Assembly: GCA_964360995.1 (NCBI GenBank) | Contig: CAYHYZ010000004.1 | Span: forward strand, 1-41,532 | DNA from: an uncultured Candidatus Saccharibacteria bacterium | GTDB lineage: Bacteria > Patescibacteriota > Minisyncoccia > Ryanbacterales > HO2-45-13 | Direction of reading: 5' to 3' | Length of the DNA stretch: 41,532 nucleotides | Part shown: positions 1 to 7,386 of the stretch, piece after piece | Layout of the letters: each line of letters begins with the position of its first letter | Numbering within the stretch: the stretch's first letter is position 1 | Made by a program: the position numbers and the translations under genes | Notes under the pieces: model-generated | What the model saw: only the letters and a program-made list of their open reading frames with translations | The model's database searches: none | What the model was told of the DNA's origin: nothing

Positions 1-436
1 CCACAACAAGCATATGCGGCACCGCGCCAAACGCTTGTGCCATTTCTACCACCGTATTAGTTACTACGCCCCCTACAAGGCCTTTCCATCCGACATGCGC
101 GATGCCGACTGCTTTGTGTATGGGATCACATAAATATAAGGGGAAACAATCCGCGCCAGTCACTGAAACAAAAAGGTTTTTAATATTGGTAACCAGCGCA
201 TCGGTTGAGCCGATCATCGTCCCCGCCGCTTCGTCAGAAACCCTTACAACTTTTGTTCCATGCACCAAGTCAGCTGTTACTACGCGATAGGGATCAATGC
301 CTATTTTTCTAAAGTACACCTCCCTGTTCTCTTTTTCCAAATGCCGATGCATCGAACCATCACTCCGATTCGAAAAGCCATGTTTTAAATTCGGATACCG
401 ACTAGACTGTGGGATATAAAATATATTATTTTCCAT
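1..436 (-). CDS. pgeF: PgeF/YfiH family protein (DUF152, laccase-domain / peptidoglycan-editing factor type). Only the N-terminal part is present; the C-terminus runs off the window start.
   Basis: This ORF is absent from the supplied track because it is open at the window edge. My reverse-strand translation from ATG 436-434 reads MENNIFYIPQSSRYPNLKHGFSNRSDGS..VVTADLVHGTKVVRV..STDALVTNIKNLFVSVTGADCFPLYLCDP..AVGIAHVGWKGLVGGVV. This carries the family motifs HG..V, DAL.T, ADC.P and H.GW.G. Confidence 0.8.
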   Translation of the reverse strand, partial: MENNIFYIPQSSRYPNLKHGFSNRSDGSMHRHLEKENREVYFRKIGIDPYRVVTADLVHGTKVVRVSDEAAGTMIGSTDALVTNIKNLFVSVTGADCFPLYLCDPIHKAVGIAHVGWKGLVGGVVTNTVVEMAQAFGAVPHMLVV

Positions 437-460
437 GGCACTTTTTGAGTTTCTTACTAT

Positions 461-892
461 TTACGCAGGAACTTTTATGCTACCTACGTCTTGAATGGTA
501 ATCCATGCAGCACCAGTCCCAAATCCTTTCTTGTTAATCTGAAATGGCGTGTCAATCTTCGTGGGAATTTGAAGACTAAGAAGTATGCAATACCGAGCTA
601 ACTTTTTCCAACTTTTTGGGTCTGGGTTAACTAAACAAATCTTTTGACCGTACTTCTCGACAATTTGCAACACATCATTGATACCATGAATCTCAAACTG
701 TTTAATCTCTCCGACCACCGCTGTGGCAATGATTGGTTCTCCTGCATTTTTGAAGAATACAATGTCGCCAGATTTTGCCTTATTCCATGGCGTGCGTTTA
801 GTCTGATACCACCGCGACTCAATGGATTTCTCGCCCGAAAGAATTTTCGGGATTAAGTTCCAAGACTTATTCATGATTGCGACATGATGCAT
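461..892 (-). CDS. ASCH (PUA-like fold) domain protein
   Basis: The track ORF 461..1012 overlaps the secA 3' end. The first ATG clear of the secA stop (897) is at 892 (MHHVAIMNKSW..), and the next is at 874. The body ..ILSGEKSIESRWYQTKRTPWNKAKSGDIVFF..IIATAVVGEI.. fits the ASCH pattern. Confidence 0.65.
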   Translation of the reverse strand: MHHVAIMNKSWNLIPKILSGEKSIESRWYQTKRTPWNKAKSGDIVFFKNAGEPIIATAVVGEIKQFEIHGINDVLQIVEKYGQKICLVNPDPKSWKKLARYCILLSLQIPTKIDTPFQINKKGFGTGAAWITIQDVGSIKVPA

Positions 893-896
893 ATTC

Positions 897-3515
897 CTAC
901 TTCCCATGACACCTCTTATATTTCTTCCCGGAACCGCATGGACATGGGTCATTGCGGCCAATTTTTTCCCCTGCTTTGTCGCGTGGAACGCTCGGTAAAT
1001 TTCCACCGGCACCGAGCATTACTTGTGATGGACGCAATTGATGCTTTTCGGTTTCGTCCGCAACTTTCACAATATTCTGCGTAAATAACTCCTCAAGTGT
1101 TTGGTGAAATGTTTTATAGAGTCGTGACGCTTCATTTTTATATTCGACGAGTGGATCGCGCTGTCCGTATGCGCGGAGGCGCACCGAACTGCGTGTGTAG
1201 TCCATGAGCTCGAGATGATCACGCCACAAATAATCAATGACTTGCATGTACACCGACCGCACGACATCAAAAAACTTGTCCCCTTCGCGTTCGTGTCGCG
1301 CTTTCACCGCAAGTGCGCCAATACCGAGTACAATGTCGCGTACCGCTTCAGAGTCTGTAGCGGCACTCAGTCGTGAAAGCACGTCGCGCTCATGAAAGTT
1401 TGCCTCGATGAGACGCGCGAGCTCTTCGAGTTTCCAGTGGTCCTTAATATCTCCGGTGTGCGCATCTGCAATGCGCGTGAGCGACGCAATCATCGCTTGA
1501 TTTAATTTTTCTTCGAGCACTTCGGGTGTGGCAAATAACACGTCTTTGCGCTCACGATACACTGCGCTGCGCTGTTTGGTGAGCACCGTGTCGTAATCGA
1601 GAAGGTGTTTGCGCGCATCAAAATGAAATCCCTCGATGCGCTCCTGCGCAGACTCAATGGATTTTGACACCATACCTGACTCAATCGGCTGATCTTCCGG
1701 AATTCCAAATGTTCCCATGAGACTTTTCAGCCGCTCCGAACCGAACACGCGCATCAGTTCATCTTCAAGCGAAATATAAAATTGCGTTGTTCCAGGATCT
1801 CCCTGACGCCCTGAGCGTCCTCGGAGCTGATTGTCGATACGTCGCGCTTCATGCCGCACCGTTCCAATCACGAGTAGCCCTCCAAGCCCGCGCACCACAT
1901 CCGCCTCCGCAGCAATATATGGAGCTCCACCTAAAATAATATCGACTCCGCGTCCGGCCATGTTGGTCGCAACCGTGACTGCGCTCTTCCGTCCTGCTTG
2001 AGCGATAATTTCTCCTTCTCGCTCGTGGTTCTTTGCGTTGAGCACCTCGTGACGCACCCCTTCTACTTTGAGCATGGTGGATAATTTTTCGTTCTGCTCA
2101 ATGGAAACGGTACCCACGAGCACTGGACGCCCCGCTGTATTCGCCTCCGCAATTGACCTCACCACCGCTTTCCATTTTCCTTGTTCAGATTGGAAAATTG
2201 CGTCCGGCAAATCTTGACGAATCGCCACGCGATGTGTTGGCACCACCATCACGTTTAAGTTGTATACCTGTTGAAATTCTTCTTCGGATGTTTTACCAGT
2301 TCCCGTCATTCCGGCAAGTTTTTCGTACATTTTAAAATAGTTCTGGAACGTTACCGAAGCGAGCGTGCGCGATTCTTTCTGCACGGCCACACCTTCCTTT
2401 GCCTCTACCGCTTGATGCAGCCCATCCGACCAACGACGTCCCGGCATGAGACGTCCAGTGAATTCATCGACGATAATCACCTGCCCGTTGCGCACGACAT
2501 ACTCCTGATCACGCTGAAAAAGTGCCTGCGCACGGAGCGCTTGCTCCAGGTGACGCACATATTTAATGCCCTTCTCATTGTAAATATCTCCAATCCCAAG
2601 TTGTCCTTCTACATACTCAATACCTTCTTCGGTGAGCGTAACGGCTTTTTGTTTTTCATCGACTTCGAAATGCGTATCTTTTTTTAGTGAGGGAATGAGC
2701 TTGGAAAATACCTGGTAGAGCTCGCCAGACGCTTCGTCGGGCGCGGAGATAATAAGCGGCGTTCGCGCCTCATCAATTAAAATAGAATCCACCTCGTCAA
2801 CAATTGCGAAGTAATGATCCCTCTGACGAATGCCAGTCTTACTGTGTTCAAGATTGTCACGCAACCAATCAAAACCGAATTCATTGTTGGTGCCGTAGGT
2901 AATATCGGCAGCGTATGCCTCCCCTCTGCTCACGGGGCGCAAATATTCTTGTACTACATGAAAACTCGCGGTTGCGTCGCGCGTAGCTTCTGGTGTGTCG
3001 TCGTGCTTCTTTCCCCATTCCGGGTCGTATACATATGAGGTGTCGTGCGTGATACATCCGACAGAAAAACCCAGCGCAAAATATATTTGTCCCATCCATG
3101 CGGCATCGCGGCGCGCAAGATAATCATTCACCGTGACAACGTGTACTCCTCTTCCAGTGAGCGCGTTCAATGCGACCGCGGGAGTTGCCGCAAGCGTCTT
3201 CCCTTCTCCGGTGCGCATTTCCGCAATGTTACCGTGATGGAGTGCGGCGGCACCGAGCAACTGCACATCATAATGGCGCTGACCAAGTGTGCGACGCGCG
3301 GCCTCACGTGTTGCCGCAAACATCGGAACGAGCAGATCATTGACATCGGTTCCTGATGTTACTTGCTCTTTGAGTTCTTTCACGCGCGCTTTCAGCGCAT
3401 CATCACTTAGTGCTTTCCATTCTGATTCTGTATCAGAAACAGCCGCAACGAGCGGCTTCCAGTGCTCAAGTTGCTTTGAAGAAGCATCTCCGAAGATACG
3501 AGAGAGTAGTGACAT
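897..3515 (-). CDS. secA: Preprotein translocase ATPase SecA
   Basis: The ORF has motor motifs MRTGEGKTL, VTVNDYLARRD, DEVDSILIDEARTPLIIS, GMTGT and ATNMAGRGVDI. It ends in the zinc-binding tail CPCGSGKKYKRCHGK. The track start at 3524 is GTG; the first ATG is at 3515 (MSLLSRIFG..), and either start is possible. Confidence 0.97.
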   Translation of the reverse strand: MSLLSRIFGDASSKQLEHWKPLVAAVSDTESEWKALSDDALKARVKELKEQVTSGTDVNDLLVPMFAATREAARRTLGQRHYDVQLLGAAALHHGNIAEMRTGEGKTLAATPAVALNALTGRGVHVVTVNDYLARRDAAWMGQIYFALGFSVGCITHDTSYVYDPEWGKKHDDTPEATRDATASFHVVQEYLRPVSRGEAYAADITYGTNNEFGFDWLRDNLEHSKTGIRQRDHYFAIVDEVDSILIDEARTPLIISAPDEASGELYQVFSKLIPSLKKDTHFEVDEKQKAVTLTEEGIEYVEGQLGIGDIYNEKGIKYVRHLEQALRAQALFQRDQEYVVRNGQVIIVDEFTGRLMPGRRWSDGLHQAVEAKEGVAVQKESRTLASVTFQNYFKMYEKLAGMTGTGKTSEEEFQQVYNLNVMVVPTHRVAIRQDLPDAIFQSEQGKWKAVVRSIAEANTAGRPVLVGTVSIEQNEKLSTMLKVEGVRHEVLNAKNHEREGEIIAQAGRKSAVTVATNMAGRGVDIILGGAPYIAAEADVVRGLGGLLVIGTVRHEARRIDNQLRGRSGRQGDPGTTQFYISLEDELMRVFGSERLKSLMGTFGIPEDQPIESGMVSKSIESAQERIEGFHFDARKHLLDYDTVLTKQRSAVYRERKDVLFATPEVLEEKLNQAMIASLTRIADAHTGDIKDHWKLEELARLIEANFHERDVLSRLSAATDSEAVRDIVLGIGALAVKARHEREGDKFFDVVRSVYMQVIDYLWRDHLELMDYTRSSVRLRAYGQRDPLVEYKNEASRLYKTFHQTLEELFTQNIVKVADETEKHQLRPSQVMLGAGGNLPSVPRDKAGEKIGRNDPCPCGSGKKYKRCHGK

Positions 3516-3565
3516 ATCCAGCACATTCTAGCGCTGAAAGAACCGAAAATCAACGCGGGGAGTGT

Positions 3566-4936
3566 CTAGGCGAGATACCCCCAACTTTGGAGACGATCGG
3601 AGTCTTCATTCCACCGTAGTCCAATATCCGTCCGATAAAACATGTTTTGCAATTGAATATTCTCGATGCGGTTATATGCCTGCCTGCGCGCTTCAGCAAC
3701 TGTGCTCCCTGCGCCCGTCACCACAAGCGCATATCCCGTTACTCCCGCAAGACGCCAAGAACTCCCTACTTTACGCACTTCTCCAATCCACACTCCTTCA
3801 GGATTTGGCTTTGTGAAGAAAATAGATGAGTCACGGTATACCGCCATTTCCACTTTACTAATATATGGAAACGGTGGCACTGCAATGACAACGCCAATTT
3901 GAAATCCTCGCTTTGTATCTACTTCAAACAATTCTCCCGCCGCCATTTTGTACAGCATCTCTCCTATCGGCATTGCGATGCCTTCCATTTGGATACTAAT
4001 AGTCGGGTACCCAAAGCGTGATGTAAATTCGAGCGGATAAATCCCGCGCGAATTCGCGATGCAGTTGATATCGATGTATCCCACATACTTGCATGCACGG
4101 AGCTTCTCTTTCATTTTTTCGAGCGTCTGACGAAAAATTGAGTTGGGCTCTGACCAGTACATCAGCGTGCCCATCTCTCCCACCATGGGACCTAAATCTC
4201 CCGGGTAGAGCCGCTTGTGCTCAAAATTGATATTCACCGGAAGCAAAAAATCTTTCCCATTAAAAAACGCTCCCGCTGCAATTTCCACTCCAGTCACAAA
4301 TTTCTGGATGTGAAAGTTTGGCATCACATGCGACCACCCCTCTTTGTTTTGCTCGAGCATTTCAATGAGGTCTTTACCATCCTCTTCTTTCCCAATAAAC
4401 ACATAGGTACGGCTGTCATAAGAAACATCTCCGGATGGCTTAAACACATATCTTCCGGGATGCGACTTTAAAAATCTCACTGCATCGTCGTAATCGTTGA
4501 AGTTCCAGCTCGGAGGTGTGAGCATGCCCGCGTCGGACATTTCGGTTTGTCCAAATTCGCGATCTGCTTCTAATCGATCCGTATATTCACTTCCACCTAC
4601 TACCAACTTGCCCGCTGCCCGAAGTTCATCTGCTTTTGACCCAAATCCAATGGTGTCAAACACCACCACGTCCGCCCAATCGAGATGCTGCTTCCAATGT
4701 TTTATTTTTTCAACAAAACCATCATAGACATCTTGATCGAGTGGCTGCTGAATATACATTTTTACCAAATGCCCCTCTTCTTTCAATTGCAATGCAACCG
4801 ATCCACTCAGTGCTTCGTCGCAGACAAATAAAAACTTCTTCCGCTTAAACTGGGGAGGCTTTACTCCATTTGTTTTTGATCCATTGGAACCGTTGAGCGT
4901 ATGTTTCGTTTCTGGCTTTTCGCGCGAATCTGACAT
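3566..4936 (-). CDS. ATP-grasp ligase, PurD-like (phosphoribosylamine-glycine ligase-like), with a low-complexity N-terminal extension
   Basis: The track start at 4957 is TTG; the first ATG is at 4936 (MSDSREK..). A Ser/Asn/Lys-rich stretch of about 40 aa precedes ATP-grasp-type segments: VVFDTIGFGSKADELRAAGKLVVGGS, YVFKPSGD, GVEIAAGAFFNG, GDLGPMVGEMGT, VGYIDINCI..PLEFTSRFGYP. No other pur genes lie nearby, so the substrate is not assignable. Confidence 0.6.
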   Translation of the reverse strand: MSDSREKPETKHTLNGSNGSKTNGVKPPQFKRKKFLFVCDEALSGSVALQLKEEGHLVKMYIQQPLDQDVYDGFVEKIKHWKQHLDWADVVVFDTIGFGSKADELRAAGKLVVGGSEYTDRLEADREFGQTEMSDAGMLTPPSWNFNDYDDAVRFLKSHPGRYVFKPSGDVSYDSRTYVFIGKEEDGKDLIEMLEQNKEGWSHVMPNFHIQKFVTGVEIAAGAFFNGKDFLLPVNINFEHKRLYPGDLGPMVGEMGTLMYWSEPNSIFRQTLEKMKEKLRACKYVGYIDINCIANSRGIYPLEFTSRFGYPTISIQMEGIAMPIGEMLYKMAAGELFEVDTKRGFQIGVVIAVPPFPYISKVEMAVYRDSSIFFTKPNPEGVWIGEVRKVGSSWRLAGVTGYALVVTGAGSTVAEARRQAYNRIENIQLQNMFYRTDIGLRWNEDSDRLQSWGYLA

Positions 4937-4962
4937 GATGTGCACGTAGTCTAGCAATCAGT

Positions 4963-4999
4963 TGGAAAAAAAGAAACGCATGACTGTACATGCATTTCT
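4963..4999 (-). terminator. Rho-independent terminator downstream of hpf
   Basis: On the minus-strand sense the sequence reads AGAAATGCATG-tacagt-CATGCGTTTCT. This is an 11-bp stem with one U-G pair, followed by TTTTTTT. It begins 3 nt after the hpf stop codon. Confidence 0.6.
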
Positions 5000-5001
5000 T
5001 T

Positions 5002-5367
5002 TTACGAAGTCCACCGTCGGAGAAAATCTTTAAACTTTCTTCCTCCTTCTCGTGAATTTGTTCTTGTCCGATCTTTAAATTTTTTCGTTTCTCTCACTAT
5101 TTCTTCTTCCACGAGATCGATCGCGGTGTGAATATCTTCTGCAGTCTTCTCTACGCGAATCATCTGCCCTCCCATGGAAAGATTTGCTTCCGTACGCCAC
5201 ACGTCTCCTTTTTTGTGATGCTTGGTTGTGAGCTCAAGCTCAATGTCGAGCATCGCAGACTCATCGGATCCCACCAATGGGCGTAGCGAAGCCACAATCT
5301 TCCCCTCCACATATTCACGAAGTGCGGGGGTAAGCGTTGTCCCGTTCGCATGAATATTTGTTCTCAT
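5002..5367 (-). CDS. hpf: Ribosome hibernation promoting factor (short HPF/RaiA, sigma-54 modulation protein family)
   Basis: The 121-aa protein has an ATG start. The sequence MRTNIHANGTTLTPALREYVEGKI..LDIELELT..WRTEANLSMGGQMIRVEKTAEDIHTAIDLVEEEI matches the HPF/YfiA pattern. It ends in a basic C-terminal tail. Confidence 0.85.
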   Translation of the reverse strand: MRTNIHANGTTLTPALREYVEGKIVASLRPLVGSDESAMLDIELELTTKHHKKGDVWRTEANLSMGGQMIRVEKTAEDIHTAIDLVEEEIVRETKKFKDRTRTNSREGGRKFKDFLRRWTS

Positions 5368-5413
5368 ATGGTTAGTGTATCACGCGAACAGAAATATGGA
5401 ATATCCACCTATA

Positions 5414-6172
5414 CTATCCCCCAAAAACACTCACTGGCACTCTGGTATCTACAAAAATTAGCGATGGTCCTGACCGAGAATACAGCGCGTATTCTTTCTC
5501 CAGTAAGAACGTGTATATTTTACTCTTTATTGGTTTTCTAAAATTGAAATGATTATCCTCAATTACAACAATCGACGGCCTATATGTAATCCAATCATTT
5601 GAATGTAAAACCTCTAGGTCGTATCCTTCAACATCAACCGTCAATAGATCAATATGCTGGCTTGTGGACAAGTGTTTCCTAATAATCTCTCTTAGCGGAT
5701 AGGTTTGCACTTTCACCTTACCTAAATAATGAATCCAGCCCTTATTCATCCAGCGTTGTGCCTGAATAACATCGAGAGAATTCACCGCAGGATCAGAAAA
5801 TGAAAAGTATTCATGACCACCAGCCACTTCTGTGACTCCGCACAAAACATTAATATCATTTGGCCTTTCTTTATTAAACATACGGATCGCTTCTGGGCTA
5901 ATATCAATATTCATTCCGTTCCACCCCAACTGTGATAATAAATATGTGTTTGAATATCTCCGAGGGTGATGCGCGCCCACATCAATATAGAAGCCTTTTG
6001 TCTGAGACTTCAGTAAATAGGACAAGATGATATCCTCTCCAAATTGAGAGTAATGGAGACGCCCATACGATGTGCGCCTTCTCCGCCACATATTCATTAC
6101 AGAAAAATACCACGCGTGTGGAATAAATCTGATTAAGATGGACTTTACAGTTTTTGTTGTAATGATGCGCAT
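5414..6172 (-). CDS. FkbM-family SAM-dependent methyltransferase
   Basis: The segments FYIDVGAHHP..YSNTYLL, NGMNIDISPEAIRMF and HIDLLTVDVEGYDLEVL..RPSIVVIE are typical of FkbM (Methyltransf_21) enzymes. Confidence 0.75.
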   Translation of the reverse strand: MRIITTKTVKSILIRFIPHAWYFSVMNMWRRRRTSYGRLHYSQFGEDIILSYLLKSQTKGFYIDVGAHHPRRYSNTYLLSQLGWNGMNIDISPEAIRMFNKERPNDINVLCGVTEVAGGHEYFSFSDPAVNSLDVIQAQRWMNKGWIHYLGKVKVQTYPLREIIRKHLSTSQHIDLLTVDVEGYDLEVLHSNDWITYRPSIVVIEDNHFNFRKPIKSKIYTFLLEKEYALYSRSGPSLIFVDTRVPVSVFGG

Positions 6173-6202
6173 GATTTTTTAACGACTCCTGAATATGAAT
6201 GA

Positions 6203-7102
6203 TTAGATATCCTCACGTGACAAATTTTTTGCTCCCGCAAAACCAATATATTGAATTTCTGGTTCTAACTCGATACCAAACCGTTCTTTTACGACCGCCT
6301 GCGCGTGCGCGGCAAGCGCGGCAATGTCAGACGCGGTGGCGCCGTGTGTATTTAAAAAATAATTTGCATGGCGCTCGGATATTTGCGCCCCACCAATGGC
6401 GTACCCCTTAAGCCCCGCTTGGTCAATAAGTTTTCCTGCGGGAGTATCTGTTGAAGGATTTTTGAATATACATCCGGCACACCTCGCCCCGATGTCTTGC
6501 TTGGACACGCGCTCGAGCGTGTAAGACTTCACTAGTTTTTGACTCGCCTCTTTCTCACCGGAGCACAAACGAAATGTGGCCTCAAGAATAATAAACTCCG
6601 GATGGTGTTTAAACACACTGTCGCGATACCCAAATTCACATACGCTCGCGGGCATTGATTCCACTTCTCCTGTTTCAGTATTGAGCACATATGCAGAATC
6701 GAGCACACTCGCAACGTCTCCACCAAAACATCCGGCGTTTCCTCTCACTGAACCACCCACCGCACCGGGGATACCAATTGCCCACTCAATCCCCGCAAGC
6801 CCCTGCTTGACCGATTCACTGACCACCTGCGCCATCGGAACTCCAGCGCCCGCAGTAATAGTATGTAACTCCGTGAACATGCGTCGTAAATCCATTTTGA
6901 TCACGAGCCCTGGAAATCCATTATCAGACACGAGCACATTTGATCCGCCGGAGATCACCACAAAAGGAAGGGCATGCGCTTGTGCAAATGCAACTGCTTC
7001 GCGCACGTCATCAATCGACGTGGCAACCGCAAAAAAACGAGCTGGCCCGCCAATCTTAAAATAGGTGTGTGGTGCGATCGGCACCGCGCTGCGAATATCC
7101 AT
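6203..7102 (-). CDS. murB: UDP-N-acetylenolpyruvoylglucosamine reductase MurB
   Basis: The 299-aa protein has an FAD/PCMH-domain part (TYFKIGGPARFF, VISGGSNVLVSD). It also has a MurB C-terminal part (AGCIFKNP, AGKLIDQAGLKGYAIGGAQISERHANYFLN). Confidence 0.93.
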   Translation of the reverse strand: MDIRSAVPIAPHTYFKIGGPARFFAVATSIDDVREAVAFAQAHALPFVVISGGSNVLVSDNGFPGLVIKMDLRRMFTELHTITAGAGVPMAQVVSESVKQGLAGIEWAIGIPGAVGGSVRGNAGCFGGDVASVLDSAYVLNTETGEVESMPASVCEFGYRDSVFKHHPEFIILEATFRLCSGEKEASQKLVKSYTLERVSKQDIGARCAGCIFKNPSTDTPAGKLIDQAGLKGYAIGGAQISERHANYFLNTHGATASDIAALAAHAQAVVKERFGIELEPEIQYIGFAGAKNLSREDI

Positions 7103-7116
7103 ATCAGTGCTTCAGC

Positions 7117-7170
7117 GGCCAGAGAGAGGTCCGACTCCGAACTACGTCTATGAGTGCCGTCTCTCTGGCC
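7117..7170 (-). other. Stem-loop in the putative murB 5' leader (11-bp stem, 32-nt loop)
   Basis: GGCCAGAGAGA (7117-7127) is perfectly complementary to TCTCTCTGGCC (7160-7170). The structure lies 15 nt upstream of the murB ATG and downstream of the predicted promoter. Confidence 0.4.
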
Positions 7171-7255
7171 ACTGAAATACTCAATGGCTTTTTTATTTTT
7201 CGAACCCTTGCTATCGCGCTTCTATTGGTGCGCCACACTATCGGGATATGCACAT

Positions 7256-7283
7256 ATTATAGGCTAGAGACACCATAAAACAA
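7256..7283 (-). promoter_or_regulatory. Sigma-70-like promoter for murB (minus strand)
   Basis: The minus-sense sequence is TTGTTT, a 16-nt spacer, then TATAAT (reverse complement of 7278-7283 and 7256-7261). This would give a leader of about 145 nt before murB. Confidence 0.4.
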
Positions 7284-7302
7284 AAAACCCCGCTTTCGCG
7301 GG
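7282..7302 (-). terminator. Rho-independent terminator downstream of the Wzy_C-TPR gene
   Basis: The minus-sense sequence is CCCGC-GAAA-GCGGG followed by GTTTTTTGTTTT. The stem is short but GC-only with a GNRA-type loop and a T-tract. Confidence 0.5.
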
Positions 7303-7386
7303 ATCTTTCGATGACGTAGTTCGTGCCGAGCCTTACCCAGAGCACTCAATAGCAAGAGTATAGCAGATATCCGAATAAATGCAAGC

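Noticed and set aside
893-1012. N-terminal 40 codons of track ORF 461..1012
   Set aside because: This stretch overlaps the well-supported 3' end of secA (zinc-finger tail) in another frame. The ASCH domain begins after the ATG at 892/874.
6576-7064. A 162-aa plus-strand ORF
   Set aside because: It lies entirely antisense to murB, whose identity is unambiguous. The Pro/Ser/Thr/Ala-rich translation is typical of an antisense frame. The same reasoning applies to 102..290, 2271..2687, 3045..3356, 8210..8629, 8867..9220, 9302..9640, 12589..12930, 18248..18610, 33840..34340, 38816..39154 and the other short track ORFs nested in longer genes.
7190-7215. A GGTTCGAA (T-loop-like) sequence on the minus strand suggesting a tRNA
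   Set aside because: I could fold no acceptor, D or anticodon arms around it, and the flanks are A-rich. I found no other T-loop consensus on either strand of the window.
7104-7238. A 44-codon GTG-initiated ORF in the murB leader ending 1 nt before the murB ATG
   Set aside because: It has no SD and no ATG, the predicted peptide is basic and has no motif, and it spans the stem-loop. It is most likely fortuitous, though an upstream coupling ORF cannot be excluded.
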